64,000 nt of DNA from Candidatus Woesearchaeota archaeon (GCA_964519415.1 CAZFJM010000003.1:5668-69667), one strand, 5' to 3'. Numbered from the stretch's first letter, positions 48,991-58,778 are shown. Program-made: numbers and translations. Notes: a model not told the origin generated them from the letters alone.

Positions 48991-51264
48991 ATGGAAAAGA
49001 GGTATATAGCGTGGCTATCGGAGATTTCTAAAACAGACGTTCCAATTGCCGGCGGTAAAGGTGCTAATCTAGGTGAAATGTATAATTCTGGTTTCCCAGT
49101 TCCTCCTGCATTTGTTGTAACAACAAACGCGCATCATTATTTCATGGAAGCTACTGGCTTAAAAGAAAAAATTAATCATCTTCTTTCAAAAATTAATATT
49201 GAAGATACAAAGCAACTAACTGACAAAGCAAAAGAAGTTAGAGATTTAGTTATAGAAACAAAAATGCCTGAAGATTTAAAGCAAGAAATAACAGAAGCAT
49301 ACGATAATTTTAATGTAGACTTAAACGAAATGAAAGCAGCACCTGATGCACTTGCAATTATGAAAACAGCAAGAGAATCTATTTTTGTTGCGGTTCGTTC
49401 ATCTGCAACAGCAGAAGACTTAGCAGAAGCTTCATTTGCAGGACAACAGGACAGTTTTATTAATGTAAAAGGAAATGATGAATTAATTCAAAAAGTTAAA
49501 GCAGTTTTCGCTTCAGCATTTACAGCAAGAGCAATTTACTACCGATTGAAAAAAGGTTATGATGCCTATGTTGGAATTGCTGCAGTAGTTCAAAGAATGA
49601 TCAACTCTGATAAATCAGGAGTTATGTTTTCAAGAGATCCTGTAAAGCAAGAACACATTTTAATCGAAGCTGTTTTTGGCCAGGGTGAAGGTATTGTTTC
49701 CGGTAGAATCAAACCAGATAGTTATGTAGTTTCAAATGATTTTGACATTGTTAGCGAATCAGTTTCAGAAAAGAAAATAGCAATCGTTAGAGACTCTTCT
49801 GGTATAACAAAATCCGTAACATTAAGTCCTGAAAAAGCTAAGCAAAAAGTTTTGAAAACATTTGAAGTTAAACAATTAGCAGAGTTCGCTGTAAAATTAG
49901 AAAAACATTACGGACATCCACAAGATATTGAATTTGCAATGGAAGATGGTGCAATCTTTATCGTACAAACAAGAGCAGTTACAACTTTAGTTGATAAACG
50001 TGGAGATGCAGAGCTATCCGGAAAGATTTTAGTTTCTGGTCTAGGTGCAAGTCCTGGAGTAGGTTCTGGTCCAGTAAGAATTATTAGATTAATGGAAGAT
50101 TTGGATAAGATAAAAGAAGGCGATGTTTTAGTAACTCAAATGACAAACCCTGATATGGTTGTCTCTATGCAAAAAGCTTCTGCAATTGTAACTGATGAGG
50201 GCGGAGTAACTGCTCATGCTGCAATCGTTTCAAGAGAAATGGGTATTCCTGCTGTTGTTGGAACTGATAATGCAACTTCCGTTTTAGAAGACGGTCAAGA
50301 AGTAACTGTTGATGGTACAAATGGTAAAGTATACTTAGGTAAAGCTGAAAATAAGAAAGTAGAAGTTCTTCCTATCGTTGAAACAAAGACAAAGGTAAAG
50401 GTTTTAGTTGACTTGCCAGAATTTGCTGAGAGAGCTGCAAAAACAAACGCTGCTGGTGTAGGTTTAGTTAGAATGGAAGGTATTATTGCAACAAATGGAA
50501 AGCATCCTTTATACTATGAAGATAATGAGAAAATTAATGAGTACCAAGAAGTACTTAGAGCAGGATTTGAAAAAATCGCACATAATTTCATTGGAAAAGA
50601 AATCTGGGTAAGAACTTCAGACATTAGAACAGATGAATATTCTCATTTGGAAGGTGCTCCAAAAGAAATAGAAAAGAACCCTATGCTTGGTTTACACGGA
50701 ATTAGATTCTCATTGAAACATCCCAAGATTTTCAAAGCTGAATTACTAGCAATGAAAGAATTAGCAGACAAAGGACATAAGTTTGGTGTAATGTTCCCTC
50801 AAATTATTTCTTTAGAAGAAGTTAAAGCAGCAAAGAAGATTTTAGAAGAGTTAGGAATGATTGGTCATCCAAATATTAAATGGGGATTGATGATTGAAAC
50901 TCCTGCAGCTGTAATTTTAATTAAAGACTTCTGCCAACAGGGAATTAATTTCATCTCTTTCGGTACAAATGACTTAACACAATACACATTAGCAATCGAC
51001 AGAGGAAATGAATCTGTTCAATATTTATACAATGAATTGGGTTGGGCTGTATTGAAACAACTTTCAAAAGTCATAAGAGAATGTAAGCAATTCAAAGTCG
51101 AAACTTCTATCTGCGGTCAAGCTGCATCCAAAAAAGAGATGGTTGAGTTTTTAGTTGGACAAGGAATTGATTCTTTATCTGTAAATGCAGACGCTGCAAG
51201 AGAAGTTTCTGAATTAGTAAAGAAATTAGAAGACAATCCACCAGCGAAAAAAGTTGAGATGTAA
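48991..51264 (+). CDS. ppsA: Phosphoenolpyruvate synthase
   Basis: GGKGANLGEM, VRSSATAED, GGVTAHAAIVSRE, NPMLG, GTNDLTQY, ICGQA. Confidence 0.96.
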   Translation: MEKRYIAWLSEISKTDVPIAGGKGANLGEMYNSGFPVPPAFVVTTNAHHYFMEATGLKEKINHLLSKINIEDTKQLTDKAKEVRDLVIETKMPEDLKQEITEAYDNFNVDLNEMKAAPDALAIMKTARESIFVAVRSSATAEDLAEASFAGQQDSFINVKGNDELIQKVKAVFASAFTARAIYYRLKKGYDAYVGIAAVVQRMINSDKSGVMFSRDPVKQEHILIEAVFGQGEGIVSGRIKPDSYVVSNDFDIVSESVSEKKIAIVRDSSGITKSVTLSPEKAKQKVLKTFEVKQLAEFAVKLEKHYGHPQDIEFAMEDGAIFIVQTRAVTTLVDKRGDAELSGKILVSGLGASPGVGSGPVRIIRLMEDLDKIKEGDVLVTQMTNPDMVVSMQKASAIVTDEGGVTAHAAIVSREMGIPAVVGTDNATSVLEDGQEVTVDGTNGKVYLGKAENKKVEVLPIVETKTKVKVLVDLPEFAERAAKTNAAGVGLVRMEGIIATNGKHPLYYEDNEKINEYQEVLRAGFEKIAHNFIGKEIWVRTSDIRTDEYSHLEGAPKEIEKNPMLGLHGIRFSLKHPKIFKAELLAMKELADKGHKFGVMFPQIISLEEVKAAKKILEELGMIGHPNIKWGLMIETPAAVILIKDFCQQGINFISFGTNDLTQYTLAIDRGNESVQYLYNELGWAVLKQLSKVIRECKQFKVETSICGQAASKKEMVEFLVGQGIDSLSVNADAAREVSELVKKLEDNPPAKKVEM

Positions 51265-51282
51265 AAAAATTAATTCTAATTC

Positions 51283-51810
51283 TCAAATCTCAACTGCAAC
51301 TTCATTTCTTCTGAGAAATGGAACTGTCCAAGGGGAATTGTATCTCATCAAAAAGGGGTAAGACTTTGGCTTTATCTTATTTTCTTTTAAGGTGCCTATC
51401 AACTCATTTTGTAAATTTATTACTTTGCTATCTGAAGCAAAACCAGAAAATCTCAGTACAGCAAGATTTCTTGACTTTAGAGTTTCTATCTTAACATTGC
51501 CAGAATTTGGCTTAGGAAGTGTCTTGAGAGTATAACTTGATGGCATTACAAAAGACATCTTCATCTTATTCTTAGAATTACTAGTTATTACTGGTGCAGT
51601 CATAGGAATTTTTTCAGAAGTTATCACGGGAGCAGTCATAGGGATTTTTTTGCTTGAAGTATTGTCTCCAAAGATATAATTTGCAATTCTCATAAAAGCT
51701 TCATTATCATTTAAATCTCCTTCCGTAGATGCTAGAATCATACTGCCATATTTTCTTAACTCAATATTACCTATCTTCTTTACTACCTCATATTTTGGTG
51801 TTTCTACCAT
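51283..51810 (-). CDS. SOUL heme-binding family protein
   Basis: ETPKYEV, ANYIFG, IPMTAPV (twice), MSFVMP, YNSPWT..RRNEV. Confidence 0.92.
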   Translation of the reverse strand: MVETPKYEVVKKIGNIELRKYGSMILASTEGDLNDNEAFMRIANYIFGDNTSSKKIPMTAPVITSEKIPMTAPVITSNSKNKMKMSFVMPSSYTLKTLPKPNSGNVKIETLKSRNLAVLRFSGFASDSKVINLQNELIGTLKENKIKPKSYPFLMRYNSPWTVPFLRRNEVAVEI

Positions 51811-51866
51811 CCTTATTCTAGGTATTATCCAAATTTAAATCTATCTTCTCTCACTCGAAACTCTGG

Positions 51867-51891
51867 TTTACTCTAAAATTATTATGTCTCT
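51867..51891 (-). repeat. Orphan copy of the last 8 codons (RDIIILE*) of the methyltransferase gene
   Basis: tttactctaaaattattatgtctct vs tttactctaaaattataatatctct at 52642-52666: 23/25 identical, both differences synonymous. Confidence 0.8.
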
Positions 51892-51966
51892 AGAAAAAAA
51901 TAACTAAATTATATTTTGTTTAGTCGCAACGAGATGAAATCGAGTTACACAGAAAAAAGTTGAGAA

Positions 51967-52602
51967 TTAACGTCTTTTGTAATTATCTATATCGTCTGCC
52001 CACAGGCATTTAATAAGACTGCTTCCCTGTTTTTCTTCAGGCAAAATAGGCGGTTCTGGTTTTAGGTGTGAAAAATCTCCAAGTTGTTTAAGTGCTCCAA
52101 GAGTTTCTCTCCTAAATACTTGATAAAGTTCTTTTCGTGTCTTTACTGGAAAATATTCTTCCATTTGGTCCTTCACATAAGAACCTTTCTCGTCTATTTT
52201 AGTTGGATCAACTAGTTCTCGGATAACTAAAACGGCGTTTTCTCCGGGTCTAACTCCAATTGTCCAATCAAACCATCCTCCATAAGGACAAACTCTTTCA
52301 CCACGTTTTTTCACCATAATACTTTGAGGTACCATTCTATGTAAACTGAGACTTGCTTCATAACCTCCATTTGTTTCTTGATTTTGAGAAAGAAACGGTG
52401 AAAATCCCCAGCCTCGCTCATGAATCCGATCATAGGTTTCATCAAGACGTTTTTGATAGTCTAGACCTACCCATTCTCTCAAAGCTTTAACTTGTATAAT
52501 ATGGATTATTTTAGTTATGTCCATTCCATTCTCTTCTAAATAGTCTTCTAATTCTTCTTGGTTCATTTTTAATAGAATTCTAAGGTTATTCTTTACCAAC
52601 AC
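51967..52602 (-). CDS. Hypothetical protein between the duplicated 3' ends (start may be ATG 52566)
   Basis: Long ORF with own TATA. Confidence 0.7.
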   Translation of the reverse strand: MLVKNNLRILLKMNQEELEDYLEENGMDITKIIHIIQVKALREWVGLDYQKRLDETYDRIHERGWGFSPFLSQNQETNGGYEASLSLHRMVPQSIMVKKRGERVCPYGGWFDWTIGVRPGENAVLVIRELVDPTKIDEKGSYVKDQMEEYFPVKTRKELYQVFRRETLGALKQLGDFSHLKPEPPILPEEKQGSSLIKCLWADDIDNYKRR

Positions 52603-52642
52603 CTCTAAACACTTCTAATACTTGTGGATTTTAAATCTTTCT

Positions 52643-53758
52643 TTACTCTAAAATTATAATATCTCTTCCAATATACTGTTTCTCTCTAGATTCCTTTATA
52701 GGCATTGGAACTTTTTCATCTAATTCATAAACTCTCAATCCTGTTGCAGTTACAATTCTATGAACACTAACACAATATTTTCTAATAAAAGGCATTGTTA
52801 AAACAATCTTTGCATTTGGTGTTTTCAATTCTTTCATTCTTTTTAAAATTGGAATAATTAGTTTTTCAAATTCAGCTATATATTCCGGAGCATCTCGTTC
52901 TCTCATTTTTTTTCTAACAAGTTCTCCCAGTGCTGGTTCTGTTGCAACGCCATTAATTCTAGCGGAAGGGAATCTAATAGAATCTCCAATATTCAATCTA
53001 GCTCTTCCTTTTACATCATACTTGGATTTTAACCATTCAATGTTTTGTTTAGCGCCAGTAATTGCATATCTGTCTTTATCTCCTCCAATGCAATTTATCC
53101 CCCTCAAAATAGCTTCCTGAACAATTACTCCAATTCCACAGAATGGGTCTGCAAGTAATTCTCCTTCTCTAACTTGAGACAGATTAATCAAAATTTTAGC
53201 AAGTCTAGGTGAAATAGCTAAAGCCTCTCTTCTAACTGGTTTATGCATATCTCTTTCTTTAACGTCTTTGTAAGAATAATTTTGTTCTATTACTCCAAAA
53301 TAAATTGTTTTTTGATTATTATAGTAAAAGAATTCAACATCTGCATGAGTAAATTCAAAGTCATCTCCTTCTTGCATTTTTATTCTACCTCTGCTATGTC
53401 TAACTTGTGCTTTAAGTTTTTCTGCTTTGAATTTTTTCTGAAACATCTCTTCAATTTCCTCAACAGTTTCTTCGTCGCCATTTCCAATAACAGTATAGTT
53501 AAATTTTCTTTCAGGAGCAAAATAATTTTCAATATAGCTTTTCAAATCTTTATTTGTTTTGATAGTATTAGCTTTTGCAATTTTCAAAACCCCTCCAAAT
53601 TCTTGTACATTAAATTTTATAGCATCTGCAACAGAAAGGACTAGGTAATTAGTCTCAAAAGATAAAATTTCATACGCAATTCCGTGGCTTTTCAAGTAAG
53701 ATATGACTTCCGCATACGATAAAGTAGGGTTTCTACCTAACAGAAAAAAGTATTCCAT
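52643..53758 (-). CDS. Trm11/TrmG10-like SAM-dependent RNA methyltransferase
   Basis: ISPRLAKILINL, DPFCGIG, TEP; THUMP-like N-terminus. Confidence 0.8.
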   Translation of the reverse strand: MEYFFLLGRNPTLSYAEVISYLKSHGIAYEILSFETNYLVLSVADAIKFNVQEFGGVLKIAKANTIKTNKDLKSYIENYFAPERKFNYTVIGNGDEETVEEIEEMFQKKFKAEKLKAQVRHSRGRIKMQEGDDFEFTHADVEFFYYNNQKTIYFGVIEQNYSYKDVKERDMHKPVRREALAISPRLAKILINLSQVREGELLADPFCGIGVIVQEAILRGINCIGGDKDRYAITGAKQNIEWLKSKYDVKGRARLNIGDSIRFPSARINGVATEPALGELVRKKMRERDAPEYIAEFEKLIIPILKRMKELKTPNAKIVLTMPFIRKYCVSVHRIVTATGLRVYELDEKVPMPIKESREKQYIGRDIIILE

Positions 53759-53829
53759 ATTTTATCCAATAATTCAATGGTTATAAACATTTTGAATAGT
53801 TTTTTAAATCAACCTTTCATGAAATGTTT

Positions 53830-53985
53830 ATGATAAAGAAAAGATTATGTCCTGATTGCAAGAAAGAATTTGATTTTGACACTTTAGCCCATTTCAAAAA
53901 GAAATACTGCCCTGCTTGTTCTAAGGAAAGAAAAAAGGCATACGAGAGTATTCATGAAATTTCTATTGAAGATTGCGACGATTAA
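53830..53985 (+). CDS. Small zinc-finger protein (51 aa), not in ORF track
   Basis: MIKKRLCPDCKKEFDFDTLAHFKKKYCPACSKERKKAYESIHEISIEDCDD; TTTTTAAAT about 20 nt upstream. Confidence 0.75.
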   Translation: MIKKRLCPDCKKEFDFDTLAHFKKKYCPACSKERKKAYESIHEISIEDCDD

Positions 53986-55400
53986 ATAATTTTTTTATCT
54001 TTCCACTTTCCATCTCTTATATATAGCCAGGAAACTACTGCAGTAAGAACATTAGATATTGGATACGCCCACCAAATTCCATTTATTCCCATTGAAGTAT
54101 ATTTAGAAAGAATGAGTGCAAACCCAAACAAGAAAACAAGAGATATAATTGACAAGTCCATAGACTTCTTCATATTTCCTGAACCATTCAGCGTTCCATT
54201 TATTGCCATCTGAAGACCTATAAAACCAAATGTTAATGCCATTGCTTTTACATAATAAACACACTCAGCAATTACTTCTATCTGTCCAGGAACAAATACA
54301 GTTACCATTTCTTTGGCATAAACAAAAAACAACACTCCGAGCAAGGTCAATGCAGTAAAGGAAATCCATATTCCTGCGTTGGATATTTTTTCCGCTCTTT
54401 CTAATTTTCCAGCACCAATATTTTGCCCAACCATTGTGGAGATAGCTGCAGAAAAACCTACTGCCGGAACAATAACCAATGCTAGCACTCTGACGCCAAG
54501 CCCGTAAGCTGCAATTGAAACTGTGCCAAAACCAGCAACTAAAAAAGTTAAAACAAGCATATTTACTGAACGCATAGATTGGCTAATTGCAGGAGGGATG
54601 CCTAAGTGAATTATTTTTTTGAAAATTGACCATATAGGTTTTATTTCTGCTAGATGCATCTTAATTCCTTTCTTTCCATCTAACAAAATAGCAATTCCAA
54701 TAAAACATGAGATTGCTTGTGAAATAACTGTAGTCCATGCTGCTCCTGCAACACCAAATTTAGGAATGATTCCCCAACCTAGAATAAATATTGGATCTAA
54801 AAAGAAATTCAAAATGACTGAACCTAGGACTAAATACAGTGGAATTTTGACCTCTCCAACACCCCTCATTAAAGATTGAAAGGCCAAATAAACATACGTA
54901 AAAACTAAACCTATAAAAGAAATTTGTAAATATTTTACTGCATCGGGAATAATCTCTGCGGAAGCACCCATTATAGAAATCATAAAATTAGAGGTATAAT
55001 ATCCGACTATACTCATAAAAATAGAAAATAAAAAAATTATTGAAATTGTTTGTGTGGAAATAAAATTAACTTTTTCGTGATCTTCTCTACCTTTATGTTG
55101 GGAAATAAGTGTTGACCCTGCAATAGCCAAACCTCCTCCAAAAGAAGTAATCAGAAAAAGAACCGGCCAGCTTAAAGAAATAGAAGCTACAGCATTCGCA
55201 CCCAAACGACCAACCCAGAAAGTATCTGTTAAACTGTAAATCATTTGTAAAAGCATTGCAAAAATTATTGGCAAAGATAAGAAAGTTAATGTTCTTAAAA
55301 TAGGCCTATGTAAGAGATGATTTTGCTCTGCAATTTTTTCTCCGATTTCGCCAGCAATTTTTGGAGGAACATTGCTATCTGTTAGAATCTCTTTTTTCAT
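53982..55400 (-). CDS. MATE family efflux transporter
   Basis: DTFWVGRLG, NFFLDPIFI, GVAGAAW, GQNIGAG, GIWWA; many TM helices. Confidence 0.95.
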   Translation of the reverse strand: MKKEILTDSNVPPKIAGEIGEKIAEQNHLLHRPILRTLTFLSLPIIFAMLLQMIYSLTDTFWVGRLGANAVASISLSWPVLFLITSFGGGLAIAGSTLISQHKGREDHEKVNFISTQTISIIFLFSIFMSIVGYYTSNFMISIMGASAEIIPDAVKYLQISFIGLVFTYVYLAFQSLMRGVGEVKIPLYLVLGSVILNFFLDPIFILGWGIIPKFGVAGAAWTTVISQAISCFIGIAILLDGKKGIKMHLAEIKPIWSIFKKIIHLGIPPAISQSMRSVNMLVLTFLVAGFGTVSIAAYGLGVRVLALVIVPAVGFSAAISTMVGQNIGAGKLERAEKISNAGIWISFTALTLLGVLFFVYAKEMVTVFVPGQIEVIAECVYYVKAMALTFGFIGLQMAINGTLNGSGNMKKSMDLSIISLVFLFGFALILSKYTSMGINGIWWAYPISNVLTAVVSWLYIRDGKWKDKKII

Positions 55401-55487
55401 TATAGCATTTGCTTTAGAAGGTTAATAAAGGTTTAGAGAAGAATTAGTTTTAGAAGAAGATATAAACTCATTCTAATATTTGATTGT

Positions 55488-56363
55488 ATGGAAATTCATT
55501 TAGCTTCAATGGAGAATATCACTTGCTGGGCATTTAGAAAACTATGTCTTCCTGCAACAGATTCTTATACAGGCGTATTAAGTTTGACTAATCTAATAAA
55601 GAGATCAAATATATGGGAAGAAATAGATACTTTCAAAATAGAAGGACAAAAACAATGGATTCAAGTTGCAACTTCAAAAGAAACCGAATGTTTTTCATTT
55701 ATTAAAAAATTAGAAGAGGAAATAAAAAACCATCCCGAGAAAGATAATGTTTACGGAATTCAACTAAACGCAAGCTGCCCTTCACCAAATTTAATTAGAA
55801 TTGGACAGGGCCCTGCTTTGATAAAGCGAGTAACTAAAGTTTGTAATCTAGTAAAAGAATTGTTAAAGCAAGATAAGTTTAAAGTAGGAATAAAATTAAG
55901 GTTAGGTTTAAATGAAATGGAAGTAAGGCAAGGCAAAGTCATTACTTTGTTAGGAGAATTAGAGAAGATTGCTAAAGATAACTCTAATTTTACAAATGTA
56001 ACTATTCATTTTAAACATGCTCAAGAATCTTCTTCTGCAAAATACGACTATTCTATGATTAATGAAGTAGCTTCCTTCAACTTACCTCTAGTTCTTAATG
56101 GTGGAATAAACAATTCTGAAGATGCAAAAAAATTAATGGAAATGATTTCTCCTGAAAATAGAAAAAACATCAAAGGAATAATGATTGGTAGGGAAGCTCT
56201 TAGAAATCCTGATTGCTTTTCAGAAATAGATTCTGAAATTAATAACTCTTCAAATAAGAATAGAACTCAAAAAGAAATTTCTTCAGAATTTGAAAATCTT
56301 TGTAAAGAACATAATCCAAAACCAATTTATTTATCTACGATTAAAGAACGAGTTAACGTCTAA
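55488..56363 (+). CDS. dus: tRNA-dihydrouridine synthase
   Basis: LASMENIT, NASCP (catalytic Cys), KLRLG, NGGI, GIMIGREAL.NP. Confidence 0.85.
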   Translation: MEIHLASMENITCWAFRKLCLPATDSYTGVLSLTNLIKRSNIWEEIDTFKIEGQKQWIQVATSKETECFSFIKKLEEEIKNHPEKDNVYGIQLNASCPSPNLIRIGQGPALIKRVTKVCNLVKELLKQDKFKVGIKLRLGLNEMEVRQGKVITLLGELEKIAKDNSNFTNVTIHFKHAQESSSAKYDYSMINEVASFNLPLVLNGGINNSEDAKKLMEMISPENRKNIKGIMIGREALRNPDCFSEIDSEINNSSNKNRTQKEISSEFENLCKEHNPKPIYLSTIKERVNV

Positions 56364-56412
56364 AAGTTAAATTCCAAATCTTTAAAAACCGACAGAAACA
56401 TTAAGATTCAAC

Positions 56413-56563
56413 CCCCTCATAGCTCAATGGTAGAGCACGCGGCTGTAGGTTACTAGCATGGACATACCCTTTCGGGTTAGGATGAGATGCGATAAGATTG
56501 TATTCGCTAGAATATGATGTCAGCAGGACCCGTGTTACCCCGGTTCGATTCCTGGTGAGGGGA
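56413..56563 (+). tRNA. tRNA-Tyr(GTA) with 80-nt intron (56449-56528) at 37/38
   Basis: CCCCTCA/TGAGGGG acceptor; CGCGG-CT-GTA-G[intron]C-CCGTG; BHB central helix CTGT:GCAG; GGTTCGATTCC. Confidence 0.9.
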
Positions 56564-56689
56564 TGTCAGTTTTTCTGACAATTCCCTAATTTTGGAGAGT
56601 TAGAGCAGAAAAAACTCCTTCCAACACCTAGAAAATTTCTTTTTAAACCCTCCACTTTGCTTATAAGGATTTTATGCCAAAAAGGTAAA

Positions 56690-57892
56690 ATGGAAGATAC
56701 ACTACTGGCAACTTGGAAGGAAACAAAGAAAGAATTAGAAATGAGGCAAGGCCAACATTGGAAATTGCTTTATGGTTTTCTACTAGATATGGAACTAGGT
56801 CTAAATGTACCAAAAGGTTCTTCTGGATCTAGAAGACCTGCAACACTTTTAAGACTTTCAAGATGTCTAACAACTGTTTTTAATTTAATGAATGGCAGAG
56901 TTTTAGAAATTACACAAAGAGAAATCCATGAGCTATTCAAGAAAATGAAAGATGGAGACATTAGAAAATCAAATGGCACACCCTACCAAGACGTATCTGA
57001 GTTTATTAAAAATGCTAAAGTATTTTATGGCTGGATGAAAAGAACTAAGCAAATTCCTGAAGACATAACTCAAGATCTTTCTATGTCTGCACATAAAGGA
57101 GGAAAACCCAACTGGGTTTATTTAGGAAATGATAAAATGAAAGTACTAATAGATAACGCAAGAGGAGACTATCGGGCTTTAATGTTATTCTTATATGATT
57201 CGGGACTTAGACCTCAAGAAGCTTGGAAAATAAAGGTAGAAGACTTTTCAGAAGACTATACTATTCTGACAGTTTTAGAAAAAAGAAACGGAGAAAGAGT
57301 CAGCAAGACATTTGCAAGAACAATAAAATTAATGCAGTCTTCACAACTGATAAAAGAATTTGTAAAGTCTAAAAAACTAAAGCCGGAAGATTATCTAATA
57401 GATATTGAGCAACATGCTTTTAATTCTTACTTAAAAACAATAGCTCTTAGATATTTTGGGAATCCACAGATAGGAGATAGGGGAAAAATAACATATGACG
57501 ATACTTCAACAAAAGCCAGAGCAAAATTATCAAACTTTAAACTTTATGATATAAGACACAACTCAGTTTGTTATTGGCTAGACAAATACAAAACAAATAA
57601 AGATTTGATGTATAGATTCGGTTGGATAAGAGAAGATAAAATATTCTACTATTCAGAGTTCTTAGGCAAGAGAGATACTATCGGCGAAGATGATATGTTC
57701 ACAAAAGAGGACAAAACAAAGCTAGAGTTAGAAATAGAAAGAATGAAAAAAGAGAATGAACTCATAAAGAAATATCTACTAACCGTAATTCAAGAAACCG
57801 AAAAACAAAACCAGATATTTAACTCGCAAAAGACTCCTGTTCTCCTTTATAAAAAAATAGAAGGGCAGGAGGGGGAGAATTCTTTTTCTTGA
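56690..57892 (+). CDS. Tyrosine recombinase/integrase
   Basis: YDSGLRPQE (R), YDIRHNS, RFGW, YYS (Tyr); directly 3' of tRNA-Tyr. Confidence 0.88.
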   Translation: MEDTLLATWKETKKELEMRQGQHWKLLYGFLLDMELGLNVPKGSSGSRRPATLLRLSRCLTTVFNLMNGRVLEITQREIHELFKKMKDGDIRKSNGTPYQDVSEFIKNAKVFYGWMKRTKQIPEDITQDLSMSAHKGGKPNWVYLGNDKMKVLIDNARGDYRALMLFLYDSGLRPQEAWKIKVEDFSEDYTILTVLEKRNGERVSKTFARTIKLMQSSQLIKEFVKSKKLKPEDYLIDIEQHAFNSYLKTIALRYFGNPQIGDRGKITYDDTSTKARAKLSNFKLYDIRHNSVCYWLDKYKTNKDLMYRFGWIREDKIFYYSEFLGKRDTIGEDDMFTKEDKTKLELEIERMKKENELIKKYLLTVIQETEKQNQIFNSQKTPVLLYKKIEGQEGENSFS

Positions 57893-58109
57893 GTTCTTTA
57901 ATCAATCTCTCTAGTTCTTCGTATTCATGGTAATAGCTAAGCTTATACTGAAATTTTGCTTGTTTTTCTTTTAGTTGATAAAAGCTAGTATAGAAATCAG
58001 ATTTTAATCTTAACACGCTCCATGCTCCAACTTTTTCATCATAAGCGAGTTTGCCAGTCGCCTCTATTACTTTTCTAGGAACTAATGCTTTGTTTGTTTC
58101 CAAGGTCAT
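57819..58109 (-). CDS. Hypothetical protein (96 aa), convergent overlap with integrase
   Basis: 74-nt overlap with integrase 3' end. Confidence 0.55.
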   Translation of the reverse strand: MTLETNKALVPRKVIEATGKLAYDEKVGAWSVLRLKSDFYTSFYQLKEKQAKFQYKLSYYHEYEELERLIKELKKKNSPPPALLFFYKGEQESFAS

Positions 58110-58151
58110 TGTGTGTGAATCAACTCTTTTTCACATCACCACTTATTATTT

Positions 58152-58778
58152 TTAGAAAAAATCTTTATATTCGCTTTTTATATCTTGAAAATCTTGCTTA
58201 TTTAAATCAAATTTTGCACCAGGAGCATTATTCATATTATTAACCGCTTCTGTAAATTGCTCGTCAGTGAATGGAGTAAATCCTACTTCTTTGCAAATCT
58301 CTTTAATCTCTTGAGTTATTTTTTCTGCTTGTGATTTATCATCTGTTATTTTTTCTGCTTCAAAATAATTAAGAGATTTTGATTTTACTAAAGCAAATTC
58401 TATTCCTTTATAATCAAATACAAACGTTTTTGTTGCCATAACTACTCCGCAATTCCAGTCTAAACATTTCAAAAAGTCAACAGATTTGTCAAAATCTTCT
58501 AATCTAATAGGGATAAGAATTTCTTTTCTACTATCACTACTTCCCCATTCCCCATATTTCATAACTAATTCTGCTTTTTTGTTAGTAACTCTTATTCGTA
58601 AGTCTACTTTTTCAGATTTTATGTCCGAAACATCATTACTAACACTTCCCCTAAAATAAATTAAAGAGAATCTATCTTTTTCTTTTTCAAAAGTAGATAT
58701 TTTATGGAATCTTTCTAATACCTTATCAAAATCTCCATTAATCTTGCCACGAACTTCAACCTCTATTTGATCTACCAT
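58152..58778 (-). CDS. CYTH-domain protein (class IV adenylyl cyclase/triphosphatase fold)
   Basis: IEVEVR, DLRIR, RKEI, YFEAE. Confidence 0.85.
   Translation of the reverse strand: MVDQIEVEVRGKINGDFDKVLERFHKISTFEKEKDRFSLIYFRGSVSNDVSDIKSEKVDLRIRVTNKKAELVMKYGEWGSSDSRKEILIPIRLEDFDKSVDFLKCLDWNCGVVMATKTFVFDYKGIEFALVKSKSLNYFEAEKITDDKSQAEKITQEIKEICKEVGFTPFTDEQFTEAVNNMNNAPGAKFDLNKQDFQDIKSEYKDFF

Noticed and set aside
51575..51655. Tandem KIPMTAPVITS repeat in the SOUL gene
   Set aside because: Repeated IxMTAPV motifs are common in this family
56449..56528. Calling the tRNA-Tyr intron a box C/D sRNA
   Set aside because: No canonical CTGA box D and no clear guide complementarity
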